Below are positions 1-13,618 of a stretch of 64,000 bases of DNA, piece by piece. Below the pieces are notes generated by a model. It did not search any database. It saw nothing but the letters and a program-made list of their open reading frames with translations, and was not told the origin of the DNA. This stretch comes from Eledone cirrhosa (taxonomy: Eukaryota): NCBI GenBank assembly GCA_964016885.1, contig OZ024741.1, forward strand, positions 196,788,001-196,852,000. The letters run 5' to 3'. The translations under genes and the position numbers were made by a program. How positions within the stretch are numbered: position 1 is the first letter of the stretch; each line of letters starts with the position of its first letter.

Positions 1-475
1 CTTGAAAACTAGAGTCAATTTAGTGAAACTAATATCACGTTTAGATTCAGCAAGGGCAATGGATTGGGTGGAATTGCTAGAGCATCAGACAAAATGGTCT
101 GTACCATTAGTTACACCCCTTTATGTTCTGAGTTCAAATCTCACTGAAGTCAGCTTTGCCTTTCATCCTTCTGAAATCAATAAATGAAGTGCCAGTAAAA
201 TATTGCTGGCGATTTAACCAAATTTTCCGTCTATCCCCATGTCTATGCTGGTAACAATTTTTAGATTCAGCACCCCTATACCATGAGTTTGTGCAAATAC
301 AGCAGCTCTTAATACTATGAGTTTGTGCAAATATTCTTGAGGCAACTAAACAAAATTTTTTGTTATTGAGCAGTGTAGTTGATTTCATTTTTTGACATTT
401 TACAAAATTTGTTCAAAATTTTATTTTCTTACATTAATTATTCTCTTATTTGTTTTCTGTTTTTCTTATTTATAG

Positions 476-620
476 ACGAATTCTTGAAAAACACCCGCCA
501 ATTCCTCAACATTTTTCTCCAGCAACAAAATCTTACATTATCTCTTTACTACACAAAGATCCTACTAAACGGCTTGGTTACAATGGAGCTGAGGAGATTA
601 AACGGCATCCATTTTTTAAT
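476..620 (+). CDS. RPS6KA5: MSK (ribosomal protein S6 kinase alpha-5-like) internal exon, end of N-terminal AGC kinase domain
   Basis: tatag acceptor and gtgagt donor; encodes RILEKHPPIPQHFSPATKSYIISLLHKDPTKRLGYNGAEEIKRHPFFN (subdomain XI). Confidence 0.93.
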
Positions 621-1768
621 GTGAGTAGATAAATACTGGATTATTTCAAAATATTTGCTAGTTTATCACCTGAAATGGTTTAAGGTTGATAAAAATAAGT
701 GTTATGTCTGCCCTTGCTATGCTTTATCACAGATGCTGTAAAGTAGCTAATGATTGAACAGAGATGACATAGGATAGAGAGAATTCTTTAGTCTTGTCGA
801 AGGCATGAAGACCTCTCTAACTAATGGTAATGCCATGATAAAATGTGTTTGTGTTAGGAAAGACATGAATGAGATGTGGTCTTCCAATCAGTTTAGGAGG
901 GCAGTAACCCTGAATAAGTACTAATTTGAACTGTAAAAACCCATCCAACCTATGCCATCATGGAAAGTGGATGTATGAAGATATATCTATCTATCTCTCT
1001 CTATATATATATATGCCAGTGTGGAAGAACATACATTAAATAATGTTGATATATATAGTGGGATGGCGTTATCTTATGGCTAAAACAGCACGACGTGCTG
1101 TGACCTGCGGCGCCGATTGGCGCCCGACAGACTGGTCGGTCAAGGTGATCAAGGTGATATTCATTTACATATGGAAAAAAAAGTACTTCTACTGTTATAG
1201 AAGTTATACATTCTTTTGAATCTGATGTTTCCTTCTATTGCTACTCAGTTTCGCTGCCACATGTGAGTCTGAAGAATTACATGTGAGAAACTCTGAATAG
1301 TCACAGAGGGAGTCATCAGTTTTGATCAAATATATCCATATATTGATTCATTTTTGTTTTAGAGTAAGAATGTAGTCATTTGATTTGAAGTTAATATATT
1401 GCCATTTTATTTTGTCAATCCTGTGATACGGTTTTAGATTAGAATAATGAGTAATTGGATTAGATTCAGCAAAACATTTAAATAGGTGTTTTGCTGTCCT
1501 GGACCACCTTTATTACTGTATTCATTATGAATGGCAGAAGATGGTGTGAATAGAACTGGAATGAGATGGTTGGGTTATGTATTGAAGAAGGATGAAAGTA
1601 ATTAGATGGGAAGAGTGATGAAAATATATCTGGAAGGAAGTAGAGGAAGGGAAAGACCAAGACAGACATGGCTAAAAAAGGATGGTAGAGGAAATGAAAG
1701 CCAGGGGGATGCAAATAATAAGGTAGATAACTTTATAATGCTTGTTGTTATTATTTGGCACAAAATCA

Positions 1769-1970
1769 TTAACCCTTTTGATATCAAACCATCTGAAACT
1801 ACCCTTCTATAATAAAGTTTGTATAGAAACCTTCCATTGCTATTTTATGTAAGGACCTTGTTAAGTTATACTCTAAACACCAGTTTAATAATGTGGAAGT
1901 TAGTTATAACTAACTTTTAAATCCTTTCAAATTCTTCATTATTTTCCAAATATGGTAACAAAAAGGTTAA
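1769..1970. mobile_element. TTAA-flanked (piggyBac-like) MITE; relatives at 47452-47690, about 16824-16950 and about 56700-56922
   Basis: ttaa-cccttttgatatc ... ggtaacaaaaagg-ttaa; shared internal blocks among the copies. Confidence 0.55.
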
Positions 1971-2073
1971 ACATAACAAAAATAAATTAAAAAATAAATA
2001 AAATGAAGTTAAATTTTTGGTAAGAAAAATTAAGCCAGGTTTGTAACAAATTAGGTGTGATCTTACCTTGTAG

Positions 2074-2235
2074 AATTTGGATTGGGATAAACTTGCAAAG
2101 AAAGAAATAATAGCACCAATGCTTCCACAGATAAAGCATGAACTTGATGTTAGTAATTTCTCTGAAGAATTCACCAAAATGGAAGCTGCTGACTCACCTG
2201 CTGTAGTTCCATTAAATGGAGAGAAAATGTTCAAA
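2074..2235 (+). CDS. RPS6KA5: MSK exon, AGC C-terminal tail with turn-motif SP site
   Basis: tgtag/gtaag; NLDWDKLAKKEIIAPMLPQIKHELDVSNFSEEFTKMEAADSPAVVPLNGEKMFK; phase 0-0. Confidence 0.95.
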
Positions 2236-2399
2236 GTAAGAAGTGATTTGTTTTTCAAGATTTCCAACCCAATTTAGACTAAATGTTGTTTTTAATCCAC
2301 CCCTCTCTCTTTTAAAACTCTTATTGGCTGACGCGTGTTAATTTTTTTTTTTAATTATGTCAGTTTATTCATTTTATAATTTAATAGAATTTCAGACAA

Positions 2400-2900
2400 T
2401 AAATCAATTCACAGTTGTATCAATAGCGTTGCAAATATTGATGGAAATATGAAAGAAAAAGAAAGGAAAAAAATGATAAAAACAAACCCAAGAGACAGGG
2501 AGAGGGGTAAAGAGGGGCAGATCTGACTGCATAGAAAAGTAGGAGAAAGGGCTATAAATGCCATAAATGAGAGGAAAAGGAGGGATAAAAGCAGGAACTA
2601 TGAGGTTTCAGAAGAAAGGAAGGGGAGAAGGTGGTAGGCTCTATGCCTGGGGTGGGGCGGTGTTTGGTTTGCGCCCTGCAGACAAAACTGAAAAGGCATT
2701 TCCGCAGACAATGGTCAGTGACACCCACTGCAACAGCCACCCCACCTCGTGGGGTTCCTTCCTCAGATGGGCTGCTGATGTTCCAATTTTACAGAGGATC
2801 TTGGCAGTATGGGGTTTGATGATACCTGAGGTCTTGATGGTGACCGATGCAAAGTGGAAGAGGCCAGATAAGCCCCAATATTTGCTTGGCTTCCTATCAA
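2400..2900 (+). repeat. Unclassified interspersed repeat; second copy inverted at about 25270-25600
   Basis: Shared gcgccc(t/c)gcagacaaaa...gcaacagccacccccacctcg..gggttccttcctcaga block. Confidence 0.7.
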
Positions 2901-3381
2901 AGTAAAATCATTGAGTAAAATTTTGTATGATTTATATATTTTTGAATATTATTTTGAGGTATCAAGGGTGAGGGATTGGCAGAATTGGTAGATTGTTTGA
3001 TTTAGTGCCATTGCGGTATTTATTTGGAGTTCAAATCTCATCTAAATCAACTTTGCCTTTTATCCTTCCAGAGTTGATAAAATAAAGTACCAGTAAAGTA
3101 CTGGGGTTGACTTAATCAACTTTGATTTTCCTCCAAAATTTGTTGGCCTTGTGCATAAATTAGAAATCAATATTGTTTTGCAGTATAGAGTTACAGTTTT
3201 TTTACATTGAGGTAAATCTTGCCAAAGTTAGCTTTACCTTTCATCCTTGAGGGGTCAATAAAATAAGAGTTGATTTAATCGACTTTTGTCTCCCCCAAAA
3301 TTGTTGGCCTTGTGCCTAAATCAGAAACCATTAATTTGATTACTGGAGATTCTGTTAAAGTTGTTATTTTTATTCAGAATG

Positions 3382-3550
3382 TACCGTATTTCCTGGTGTT
3401 GAAGATGCTACTTTTTTCCCTAAAATAAGTCTCAAAAATCTACCATGTGTCCTGGAGACCAAAGATTGTTTATTTTATTTCAAATTTCAAATGTCGAAAT
3501 TAGGGTGAGTCCTTGAGGGCGAAGTGTCTTTGGCGCCAGGAGATACGGTA
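3382..3550. mobile_element. Tc1/pogo-type MITE
   Basis: TA-bounded TIRs taccgtatttcctggtg / cgccaggagatacggta. Confidence 0.7.
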
Positions 3551-3624
3551 GTTTTAAGTTAGAGATTTTTTTTTACCCCCAAAAAAAGTTTTTTTTATTT
3601 TCATCATCTACAATATCATTACAG

Positions 3625-3747
3625 GGCTATTCCTATGTTGCACCTTCTGTTATATTCACTGATAACACAGTTAGTGATGATCTCCTACAACATAATAGTA
3701 TCAATCAACCTCGAGCTAAGAGCATCAGTGCTGCTAGTCAATTTAAG
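3625..3747 (+). CDS. RPS6KA5: MSK exon, hydrophobic motif and linker (absent from the ORF track)
   Basis: acag/gtgag; GYSYVAPSVIFTDNTVSDDLLQHNSINQPRAKSISAASQFK; completes FKGYSYVAP, equivalent to the MSK1 FQGYSFVAP motif. Confidence 0.93.
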
Positions 3748-3819
3748 GTGAGCTAAATTTTCACTGAACATTTTCTCTGTTTTGTTCTCTCTCTCTCTTT
3801 CTCAGGATGAACTAAATTA

Positions 3820-4440
3820 CTTTGTACTTAGCATTGTTAGAAATAGTTTATAGTTTCTCTTAGGTGACTTAATTAGCAGTGGAGAGGGTTGCTTTGAAAG
3901 CATAGTAGCTAGAATAAGAACAGACTGGAAATAGTTTAGGGTGCTGCTACCTCTGTTGACAACAAAATGATTTTCTCTACAAATGAAGGATAAATTGTAT
4001 TGTGCCTGCATGAGAAGTGCAATGTTGCATGGCAATAAAACATGGGTGGTAAATACAGAAGATATACAGAGACTGGAGTGAAATGAAACAAGCATGTTCT
4101 GTTGAATGTGTAGTGTTAGTCTGCATGAACAACAGAATATGGATGAAATGAGAGAAAAGCTGGGTATAAGAGGAATTAAATGTAGTGTGCAAGACAAGAC
4201 TGCACTGGTTTGGACATGGGATGTGTATAGATGAGGACCATTGGGTGAAGAAGTGCCACATGGTGCTAGTGGAAAGAAGCTACAGTAGAAGACTGAGAAA
4301 GATCAGGGCAGAGGTGGTTAGAACTGAACTGATCTTAAAACACTGAACCTCGCAAAGGGGATGATGACAAAATACTGCAATTGAAGGAGGCTGTGCAGTA
4401 GAAGACCCCTCCAACCAAAACAACCAGAGACAATGTAGGC
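3820..4440 (+). mobile_element. Decayed RTE LINE 3' fragment
   Basis: Nucleotide similarity to 19500-20050 (YLGD, LYCAC, RLHWFGH remnants). Confidence 0.75.
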
Positions 4441-5080
4441 TAGAGAGGAATCACTAAGGAAAACCTCTCTATCATTGATGCAGACATTGTTGCATTAATT
4501 GTAGACTTATAGATAACCATGTGTGACATGTAAATTAATATATATAATTATGACCCTTGATTTATAGAGTAACAGACTCCATTGATACACTACTAACTTG
4601 ACTGGACTTAGTGACATCATTATTATATGAGTGTGGTTGTCTACTAGTGATGTGTGGACACAGATTAACAAGTTTGCTTCACAATTATAAGATTCTAGGT
4701 TTGATTTCACTGTGTGGCATCTTGAGCATATGTCATTTACCATAGCTTCAGGTTACTCCAATCCTTGGGAATAAAATTGGGTAGACTGAAACTATTTGGA
4801 AGCCCATTGGATGGACTGTATCTGCAATTCAAAAGGTTATTTTATCACAAACTGTCATGATGAATCTCCCTGTAAATTACATTAAGAGTACATACACATA
4901 TCTGTGGAATCTTCAGCCACTTACACATTAATTTCATGAGCAGTCTGTTCCATTGATTGAACAACTGGAACATCCATCTTTGGAACTGGTCAAAGACCAT
5001 TCTTATTAGTGATGTGGATATATTTTTGTTGTTTTATTTGCCATGTTTTTTCTTATAATTTTCTTCTTTTTTTTTGTCAG

Positions 5081-5157
5081 AACTCTCCATTTTTCCAACA
5101 CTATGATTTAGATTTACAGAATGGTATTTTAGGAGAAGGCAGTTATTCTGTGTGTGG
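5081..5157 (+). CDS. RPS6KA5: MSK exon, start of C-terminal CaMK-type kinase domain (Gly-rich loop)
   Basis: polypyrimidine-cag/gtaag; NSPFFQHYDLDLQNGILGEGSYSVC plus GG (phase 2). Confidence 0.93.
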
Positions 5158-6569
5158 GTAAGTTAGATTTCAAAGAAGACTTCTCTTTTCTCTATCTCCT
5201 TTCTCTCTCTCCCCCTCTCTCTCTCTCCCCCTCTCTCTCTCTCTGTCTTTTGTCTCTCCTCTCCTCTCTCTCTCCCACAACACACATTGATTTTAGATTA
5301 TTTCATTTCTTTCCTCCCTATCCCTCTTCAATTTTCTCTCACTTGCATTGAGGTGAACAGAATTTGTGGATATTTTGTAAATAAACTATCTACAGAATGG
5401 ATATTTTAGGGAAAGTTTACATTGGAATGTTTTAATCAATGTCCTTTCCATGGAGGTATGAAGTATTAGGATGATCCTGGAGATAGGTGGAACGTATGAT
5501 AGTCTGATATGTTATTTATTTTGAATACCTTATTTTGTTTATATTATAAATAGAAATAGACACATACACACATATACAATCATCATCATCATACATCATC
5601 TTTCCCTGCTAGCAAGGGTTGGACAGTACTGACCAAGTCAGTACTGAAACAGGGCCACAGATGTCCCAGACAGGCCAAGGAGGTCTGCATCCTGCTTATG
5701 TATGGTCATTGTCAAGTGCAGAGAAGTTGTCGTGTCTTTTGACACAAACTGAAGGATCCTCCTAGCACCAACCACTTCATAGAATGTACTGGGTGCTTTT
5801 ATTGTGTAGATTACCAGCACTAGGGAGGGTGTCATGTCCTAGACATAACTAAATGATCCTCCCAACCCTTTGTCTGGCAAGCTTTCTATGGCTGGATGCC
5901 CTTCCTATCACTAACTACTTCACAGCATGTACCAGGCGCATTTATTGTGGAGATCACTAACATTCGAGAGGTTGTTGTGTCTTTGACACCGAGTGCTCTC
6001 AGCTCTGGCAATAGGAGAGGTAGATAAGGTGTTTGTGAGGGTGGGTAGGGATAGCGGATTAGTGTATGGGGATGTAGTGGTGTGAGGGATGTGATCAATA
6101 TTGTGGGGGTGAGGGTGCGATAGAGAGATAGGTAGGGGGTAAAGCATAGGTGTAGCTGGTTAGTGTATGGGGAGAGGGGATGTAGTGGTGTGAGGAGGTC
6201 ATGGTGGAAAGATAGGAAAGGGGGGAGTGAGGAAGTTAGGGGGTGGTAATGGGGGTGAACAAGGGGAAGAGTAGCTACTGGGGTGTAATGGTGAGGATAT
6301 CTAAGGCCTTTAGAGGGGGTAGGGGTGGTAGTGGGAGTTGAACAAGGGGTAGATAGAATAGCTACAAGGGTACAATGGTGAGGATATCTAAGGTCTTTAG
6401 AGGGGTCATAGTAGTTAAGGAATGGTTATGGAGGGGGCATGAGTGGTGGATGCAGTAGTGGTGAGGATAGATGGTGGGAAGTGCAAGGTGGAGTGGCTCA
6501 ATGGTGGTGGTGTGCAGTAGTGGTGGGGAGTGCTAGTGGGAGGTGCTCATTGATGGGTCAGGTCATATT

Positions 6570-7145
6570 GTATGTTTCTGGCTGGGTCTTCATCATCACA
6601 GCATAGCATCAGCACTCTCGATCCTTTGTCATCTCTGTTGTGAGGCTTAGTTTCTTAAGGTCTCTTTTCACTACCACATCTCATGTCTTTGTGGGTCTGC
6701 CTTTTCTTTAGGTTCCAACCACTGGAATTTCTCTGCATTTCTTTATGCAGCTGCTACCTTCCATATGCATCACATGTCCATATAAGTGCAATCATCTCTC
6801 TTGCACATTACATCCAATTCCTCTTATGTCATGTTTTCCTTTCATTTCACTTATGCTATATTGTTCATGCACACTGACATTACACATCCATCGGAGCATA
6901 CTCTCTTCATTTTTCTCCAGCCTTCGCAGGTCATCTGCAGTTAAGGCCCGTGTTTCACTGCCATTACAGTTTACATACAGACATCATATAGTATATCCTT
7001 TGTTGTTAGCAGAGGTATTATCTCTCTAAACCTCTTCCAGCCTGTTCTGATCCTTGCTATCACACTTTTAGTGCATCCACCCTCGCTTCTAATTTGATCG
7101 CTTAAGTAACAGAAGTTGTTGACAACTTATGAGGAGCCTCCTTCT
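6570..7145 (-). mobile_element. Decayed RTE LINE 3' fragment
   Basis: Reverse complement resembles 19490-20070. Confidence 0.75.
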
Positions 7146-7208
7146 AGGTGTATGTTTTTTTCTTATATATTATTAAAAAATATGTAGGAAAGGATATCTA
7201 TACATTTG

Positions 7209-7239
<31 letters not shown>

Positions 7240-7431
7240 ATATCATCATCATCATCGTTTAATGTCCACTTTCCTTGTTTGTAAGGGTTGGACTATATAT
7301 ATATATATATATATACAGTTCCGTTTGAGCAGATACGGCACGACCAACTGACCTGATTTGTATCATAACACAGACGACCTGTCTAATCCAGGCAAGCATG
7401 GAAAAATAGACGTTTTTATATAGACATGTAA

Positions 7432-7467
<36 letters not shown>

Positions 7468-8898
7468 ATTCAAATTAAAAAATATATGTATAGAGAGTGA
7501 AACATAATCATCATACATATATATGTATTGATACATTAACATAGTATCATCATCATCATCACCGTTTTACGTCCGTTCTTCCACGCTAGCATGGGTTAGA
7601 CGGGTTGTCCTGTTGTGGGCAGTATCCGGTTGGCTGACCTTGTCTTGCTCATACGGGAACTGATTCTGGCTTGATTTCTACAGCTGGATGCCCTTCCTAA
7701 CACCAACCTCATTTACAGTGTGGGCTGGGTGCTTTTTTGCCGTGGCACCTCCACAACCACTTTGCAGTGGAATGATAGGGACCCCAGTCCTATCATCTCA
7801 TTTCTACAGCTGAGTAAACTGGAGCAATGTGAAATAAAGTGTCTTGCTCAAGGAAACAACACGTCACTCGGTCCGAGAATTGAACTCACAACCTTTCGAT
7901 TGCAAGCCCAATGCTCTAACCACTAAGCCATGCACTTATATATATATATAAATATATAAGGTATATCCTCTTTATATATAAAATATAACCTTTTTATCTT
8001 ACCCACTCACTATTTTCTTAGCTTCCTAACTATATTCACCACTTTCCTTCTTTTTTCCCACCTATGGTGATTCAATAAGATCTTTGAGAACATGTTTTCT
8101 AATTTAGCAACAAAAAGAAGAATGACTGTTTTAACATCATCTCCAATTACACACTACTATTGCTCTCTCTCTCTGTATGTATGTATACATATATACATAT
8201 ATGTGTGTGTGTGAGTGAGAGAAGATTCAGGACCCCGACGGCTGAGCTCTGGTCGTTTCGACAGCTAGACTACCAACTCTACTACCCCAAGTATTGAGTA
8301 CTCTGGTGGTTTATGGTTCACCGGGTATCTTACCGTACCCTCTCTGATAGATAGATATATATATACTTTAAACTAAAACTTTTTGTAAGAAATACTTTTC
8401 AATAAAAACTTGGTCTATTGAAAAAACTGGGATAATGAAATTTTAGTTGACAAACCTTGTATTAGTTTTCCAGTTCTAGCTTTAATCATTTAATTATTGT
8501 TACTCTTTATACTTGCAATTGCACAAAATTCTTTGTGTGTATGGAAACTGATTGGAAGCTTGTCAGATGGACTGTACCTAGACTCACATTGTGTTATACC
8601 GTATCTCCATGAGAATTACATTAAGGGTACATATGTCTGTGGAATGCTCAGAAACTTGCACGTTAATTTCATGAGCAAATCTGTTTGTAGTGAACAATAC
8701 AATCAATGAAATTAACTTCATCACATGAATGATATTGACTTTATCATGTTAGAAAGCATGAAAGGCAAAATTTACTTTGGTGTGATTTGATCTCAGAATG
8801 TTCAATGACAGAACTTAATGCTTCTACATTTTCCCTCACCCCACCCAAATAAAGAAATTTTTGACTATCTTGAGTGTTTTTTGTTATTCTTTCCAAAG

Positions 8899-9043
8899 AC
8901 GGTGTGAACACAAAGTTACAAAAATTAAATATGCTGTGAAGATAATTTCCCGGAGAGTGGACCATACATCAGAAGTGAAAATGCTTCAGTTGTGTCAGAA
9001 TCATCCCAATATAGTGAAACTTGTTGATGTCTTTCATGATGAA
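8899..9043 (+). CDS. RPS6KA5: MSK exon, C-terminal kinase subdomains II-IV
   Basis: aag/gtaag; RCEHKVTKIKYAVKIISRRVDHTSEVKMLQLCQNHPNIVKLVDVFHDE; phase matches previous exon. Confidence 0.93.
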
Positions 9044-10061
9044 GTAAGCATGTTATCCTTAATATGTTGTCATGCTACATTTTACTTTTTTGTTGTGTGT
9101 TTGTTTACATAAGTGTTGGGGATTTATATGATGAACGCACCCAGTACACTCTGTAAAGTAATTGGGGATAAGTAGGGCATCTATCTATAGAAAACCTGCC
9201 AAACAGAGGGTCAAGAAAACTTTTCAGCTATGCCAAAGGCATGCTAACTTTCCTAGTGTTGGTACTTAGTAGAGTGCAGAATTGTATGTCAGGCTCTTGG
9301 CCCACCTAGAGGTCAGAGGTTCCGCTTGAGTACTGACTGGCCTGTGATGATATGTCCAATTCTTGTAAGCAGGAAAAGGGGACATTAAACAATGATGATA
9401 TATATATATATATATATAAAGCACAAAGACTGAAAAAAATATATGGAGATGGTGGCAATAAATAATGAAAACAAATAAATGAAAATAATGACATGAACAG
9501 GTACGTTTCATTCATTGTCTGTTAATCGAATATTTTCATGATTTTAACATCAAATACCGTACCACTACATTTGGCAGTGTCAACAGTGTTAAAAAACTAG
9601 TTTTAACACCAGTTGGGATTTTTACAGGACATATAAATGAGAAAGAAATGAGTAACACACCGAGATGAAAATGGACAATATTGACATCAGAACGTGGCAC
9701 AAACAAAATATACGCAAACTATATAATTGTATGATGATGTAATTATTCAGTTATTTACTAGCTGTTAGACTGTATATGTATATGTCACACTGTAGAAGAA
9801 AAATATTAACCCTTTAAATGCTATAATGTGAGAAGGCAAAATACACACCTGACTGTTAGGATGATCAAAGCTAGTAAGAAAGGTAGTTCTAGGAATGGAA
9901 ATGATAAAAGAGGAGGAAGATTTGGACCATGGGTGGAACTGGGGACTGCCAGAAAGAGTGGTAGAGAATAAGGAAGAGTGACCAATGTCTTTTCATGAAA
10001 TGTGAGCTGCCTATAAAATAAATATATGAATTTTGTGTATAAATTCTTTCCTAATTCATGA

Positions 10062-10319
<258 letters not shown>

Positions 10320-12458
10320 TAATCTGTGCTTATTGATTTAGTGTAAATCTTAGTTTAATAACTGGGTAAGAGTGTATATTAAGTCAGGTGACAGTTGACT
10401 GACTCCAATCGGAGTTGTACTTATAGCCATAAATTATTAGTGAAGGTGTGTAGCCTAGTTGTTAGGCTGTTGGATTCACAATCATAAGGAGTGGGTGAAG
10501 TGTGGTGATCTTAAGCAAGATGCTTCATTCCATGTTGCTTTTCAAGATAGGACTGGGGCTGCCTATCATTACAACACATAATAAACTTCTTATAAGATGC
10601 AACCTCATACGAGGCCAGCTAATCCTACTTATATACATCCTATTTCTGTGGTGTTGTGGAGGATGATAATGATGCGTAGTTGTTTATTTGCCTAAATATG
10701 TTCAATTACAGTTTTTCTGTTATTCATAAACCTAAACTATATAAGAATACACAATTGTTAACAAACTAAACCTTGATTTTATTAGTTTAATGGTTGTAGA
10801 TATCATTTGTTACAAATATTGAGGTTTTATGCACGTACTTATACACACACACATCAGTTGTACAACTGTGTTTGTGTGTATTTATATGCATGTATATCCG
10901 GTTTAGAATAGTATCCTTAGACAGAATCAGCATGATACTGTGTGTGACAAGGTTGGACCTTTAAATTATAGGTACAATCTATTTTCCACACAGGCTTACA
11001 TCTATCCAATTTCATTCACAAGGCTTGTGTCAACTTGTGTGTAAGTATGGAGTTGTAACTCCTAATGAAGTTGTAGGGGCATGCTTGTGACATATTTTAA
11101 ACCTGTTGGAGCCCAGCTCCTTTCGAGGTGTGAACACAGCTAATTTCTTCTAGAGAAGGAGAGTAAGAGTGAGACAAAGGCCTGGACTAGTACATTTTTT
11201 TATTGATTTCACCTGAATTTGAACTTGGAGAATGCAGAGAATGACTTTGCTATTTGCCATCTGGAGTCAAGATGTAAAACATTGGGATCAAACCTGAGAC
11301 ATTGTGATTACAAAATTACCTTCTTGACAATTTAGCCATCTTGCAGTGAAGCGCCGAAATTCAATATGAAAGGCCTAAATTGTCATCGAGTTTTAATGTC
11401 TCATAATGACTGGTGAAACTCATGCCTGTACTATTTTATATCAACCAGTTTACAGAAATATGACATATCTTGGTAAAATATATGTATGCTTTTTGATAAA
11501 GTTTGTCCACATAACATATATATGTGTGTATATATATATCTATATATGTATGTGTCTCCCTTTCTATGTCCCATATTTGACAAATAGAAATCAATAACGT
11601 AAGTACCAGAGTGAAATAAGCACTAGGTTCATTATGATTTACAAAAACTGGAAGGTAGTCATACCAGTAAAATAAAAAAAACAAAACAATAAAACCATCA
11701 CTTAGGGTATTGTCAAATTTATTGTGTAGGAAATCAATTTGCTAGTTAGTTGGAAGGTTGGAAGTCTTTACAAGAATTTACCAATTCAGATCTTTAGTTC
11801 AAGTTTGCCAAAGGCTGCTAATGTTATACTTCTCTGAAAGGCAGCAATCAAAACTTTAGCACTATTGACGAAAGAGACATGTGTTCCATAATGGACAAAT
11901 TGATATAATTGTTTTATATTTGGGTAACAAAAAAGTAAGATGTCATTTTAAGTATTTGAATGCTACAATTGATTGTGATGTGAGATCTGGAAAGCAGTGC
12001 TATTCAATCAACTATTATTTATGTTAAAGAAAGAGCTTGTGAATATTTTATGGGTGGCAGGAATTTCTTGCTTTTTTTTTATGCTTGTAGTTATATTCAT
12101 ATTATAGGGTGGATTGAGCCACCTGATGTTTCTCTTCTTTATTGTTAAATATGAGGTCCACAATGTTATCCTTCTGTTATGACAGACGAATAAAAAAAAA
12201 TATATATAAATTTTCAAGTTCCAGACAGGATAAATCCCACCGTGTCATGGCTCATTTGGCTGCAGTTGTCTCCCCTTTATAGCAGTAATCCATTAACAGC
12301 TCAAGTTAGGTTATGATGTTTTTGACCAAACTGTTCTCTATTATCCAATATCTTTTTGTTGCCTGAATGACTGCACACAGAGAGAATCACTGAACAGCAA
12401 CAGACTCAATCACCAGCCTTTCCTTATGTAATTCTATATATCATCATTATTATTGTAG

Positions 12459-12668
12459 AACATTTTGTTTGAAGATGAATCTGAAGGAGCACAAGCTAAA
12501 GTGGTGGATTTTGGCTTTGCTCGATTAAAAACTGAAAACCAACCGTTGCAAACTCCATGTTTCACTCTAAATTTTGCTGCACCTGAAGTTCTCTCCCAGG
12601 CGACTGCAAACAACAAATCTAGAGGTTATGATGAAGCTTGTGATTTATGGAGTCTTGGTGTTATTTTG
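12459..12668 (+). CDS. RPS6KA5: MSK exon, DFG / activation loop / APE
   Basis: tgtag/gtaag; [45 protein letters not shown]...[15 protein letters not shown]; TPCFTL is characteristic of MSK (RSK has TPCYT). Confidence 0.96.
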
Positions 12669-12777
12669 GTAAGTTGCGCTTCTTAAGCTTTTAGGAATTT
12701 GTTTATAAAAATCTTGTGAAGTTTTGCAATTTCTAGATTGCCTATATAGGTTTTATATGTGATTACTGTATTAGTAT

Positions 12778-13110
12778 TGCAAGGCTTAATGGTTAGACAG
12801 TTGGATTCACAATGATGAAGTTGCGAGTTCAATTCCCAGACTGGGCAATGTGTTGCGTCATGAGCAAGACACTTTATTTCACATTGCTCCAGTTCACTTA
12901 GCTATAGAAATGAGTTGCAATGTCACTGGTGCCAAGCTGTATTGTCCTTTGTCTTTCTCTTGGACAATATCTGTGGCATGGCGAGGTGAGACTGGTATGC
13001 ATGGGCAACTGCTGGTCTTCCACAAAAACACTTTGCCTCGACTTGTGCCTTATTGGGAACCTTTCTAGGTGAAAATCCCATGGCCATTTGTGATCAAAGG
13101 GGGTCTTTAC
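12778..13110 (+). mobile_element. tRNA-headed CORE-type SINE family B (representative); others at about 4650-5000, 7790-7935(-), 10440-10545, 36128-36370, 50425-50530
   Basis: ggcttaatggttag A-box, gagttcaattccc B-box, then CORE-like tgagcaagacacttt...gctccagttcac...tagaaatgag. Confidence 0.72.
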
Positions 13111-13618
13111 TGTATTGGTATGTATGAGTCCATATCTCCTGATGGTGTGCCACCATAACATACAGCATGTCTTGAGTAGTTTAAACCTGCTGGAGCCCAT
13201 TCCAGAGAATAGGGAGGGAGAAGGTTAAAGGGTAAGAGATATAAAAATAGAATCTACTCAAGTACATGACTGATATTTCTTTTTATCGACCTTGAGAGGT
13301 AAAGTTGATCTAAGCAGGATTTGAATTCAGAGTGCAGACAACCAGAACAAATACTGCAAAGCATTCTATCCAATGTTCTAACAATTCTGCTAATTTTCTG
13401 CCTACTGTGTTAGTACTTTTTATTTATTATATTTATATTAATGTATAAATCTTGTCTATTGATTAAAGCAGTTTCCTGTTGTTCAAGTCCAAATATGTCA
13501 TGGATTTAGAACTGATCATTACATTAACCATTCTAAGTTTGTTAATAAAATATTAGTAAATATATGTTTGAAAAAATCATGAGAATAAAGTAGTTCTAAT
13601 ATATTAAATGTATTTCAG

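Noticed and set aside
12778-12850. tRNA gene candidates (also about 7860-7935, 36128-36190, 50425-50500)
   Set aside because: A/B boxes run straight into SINE bodies and no full cloverleaf forms; these are SINE heads
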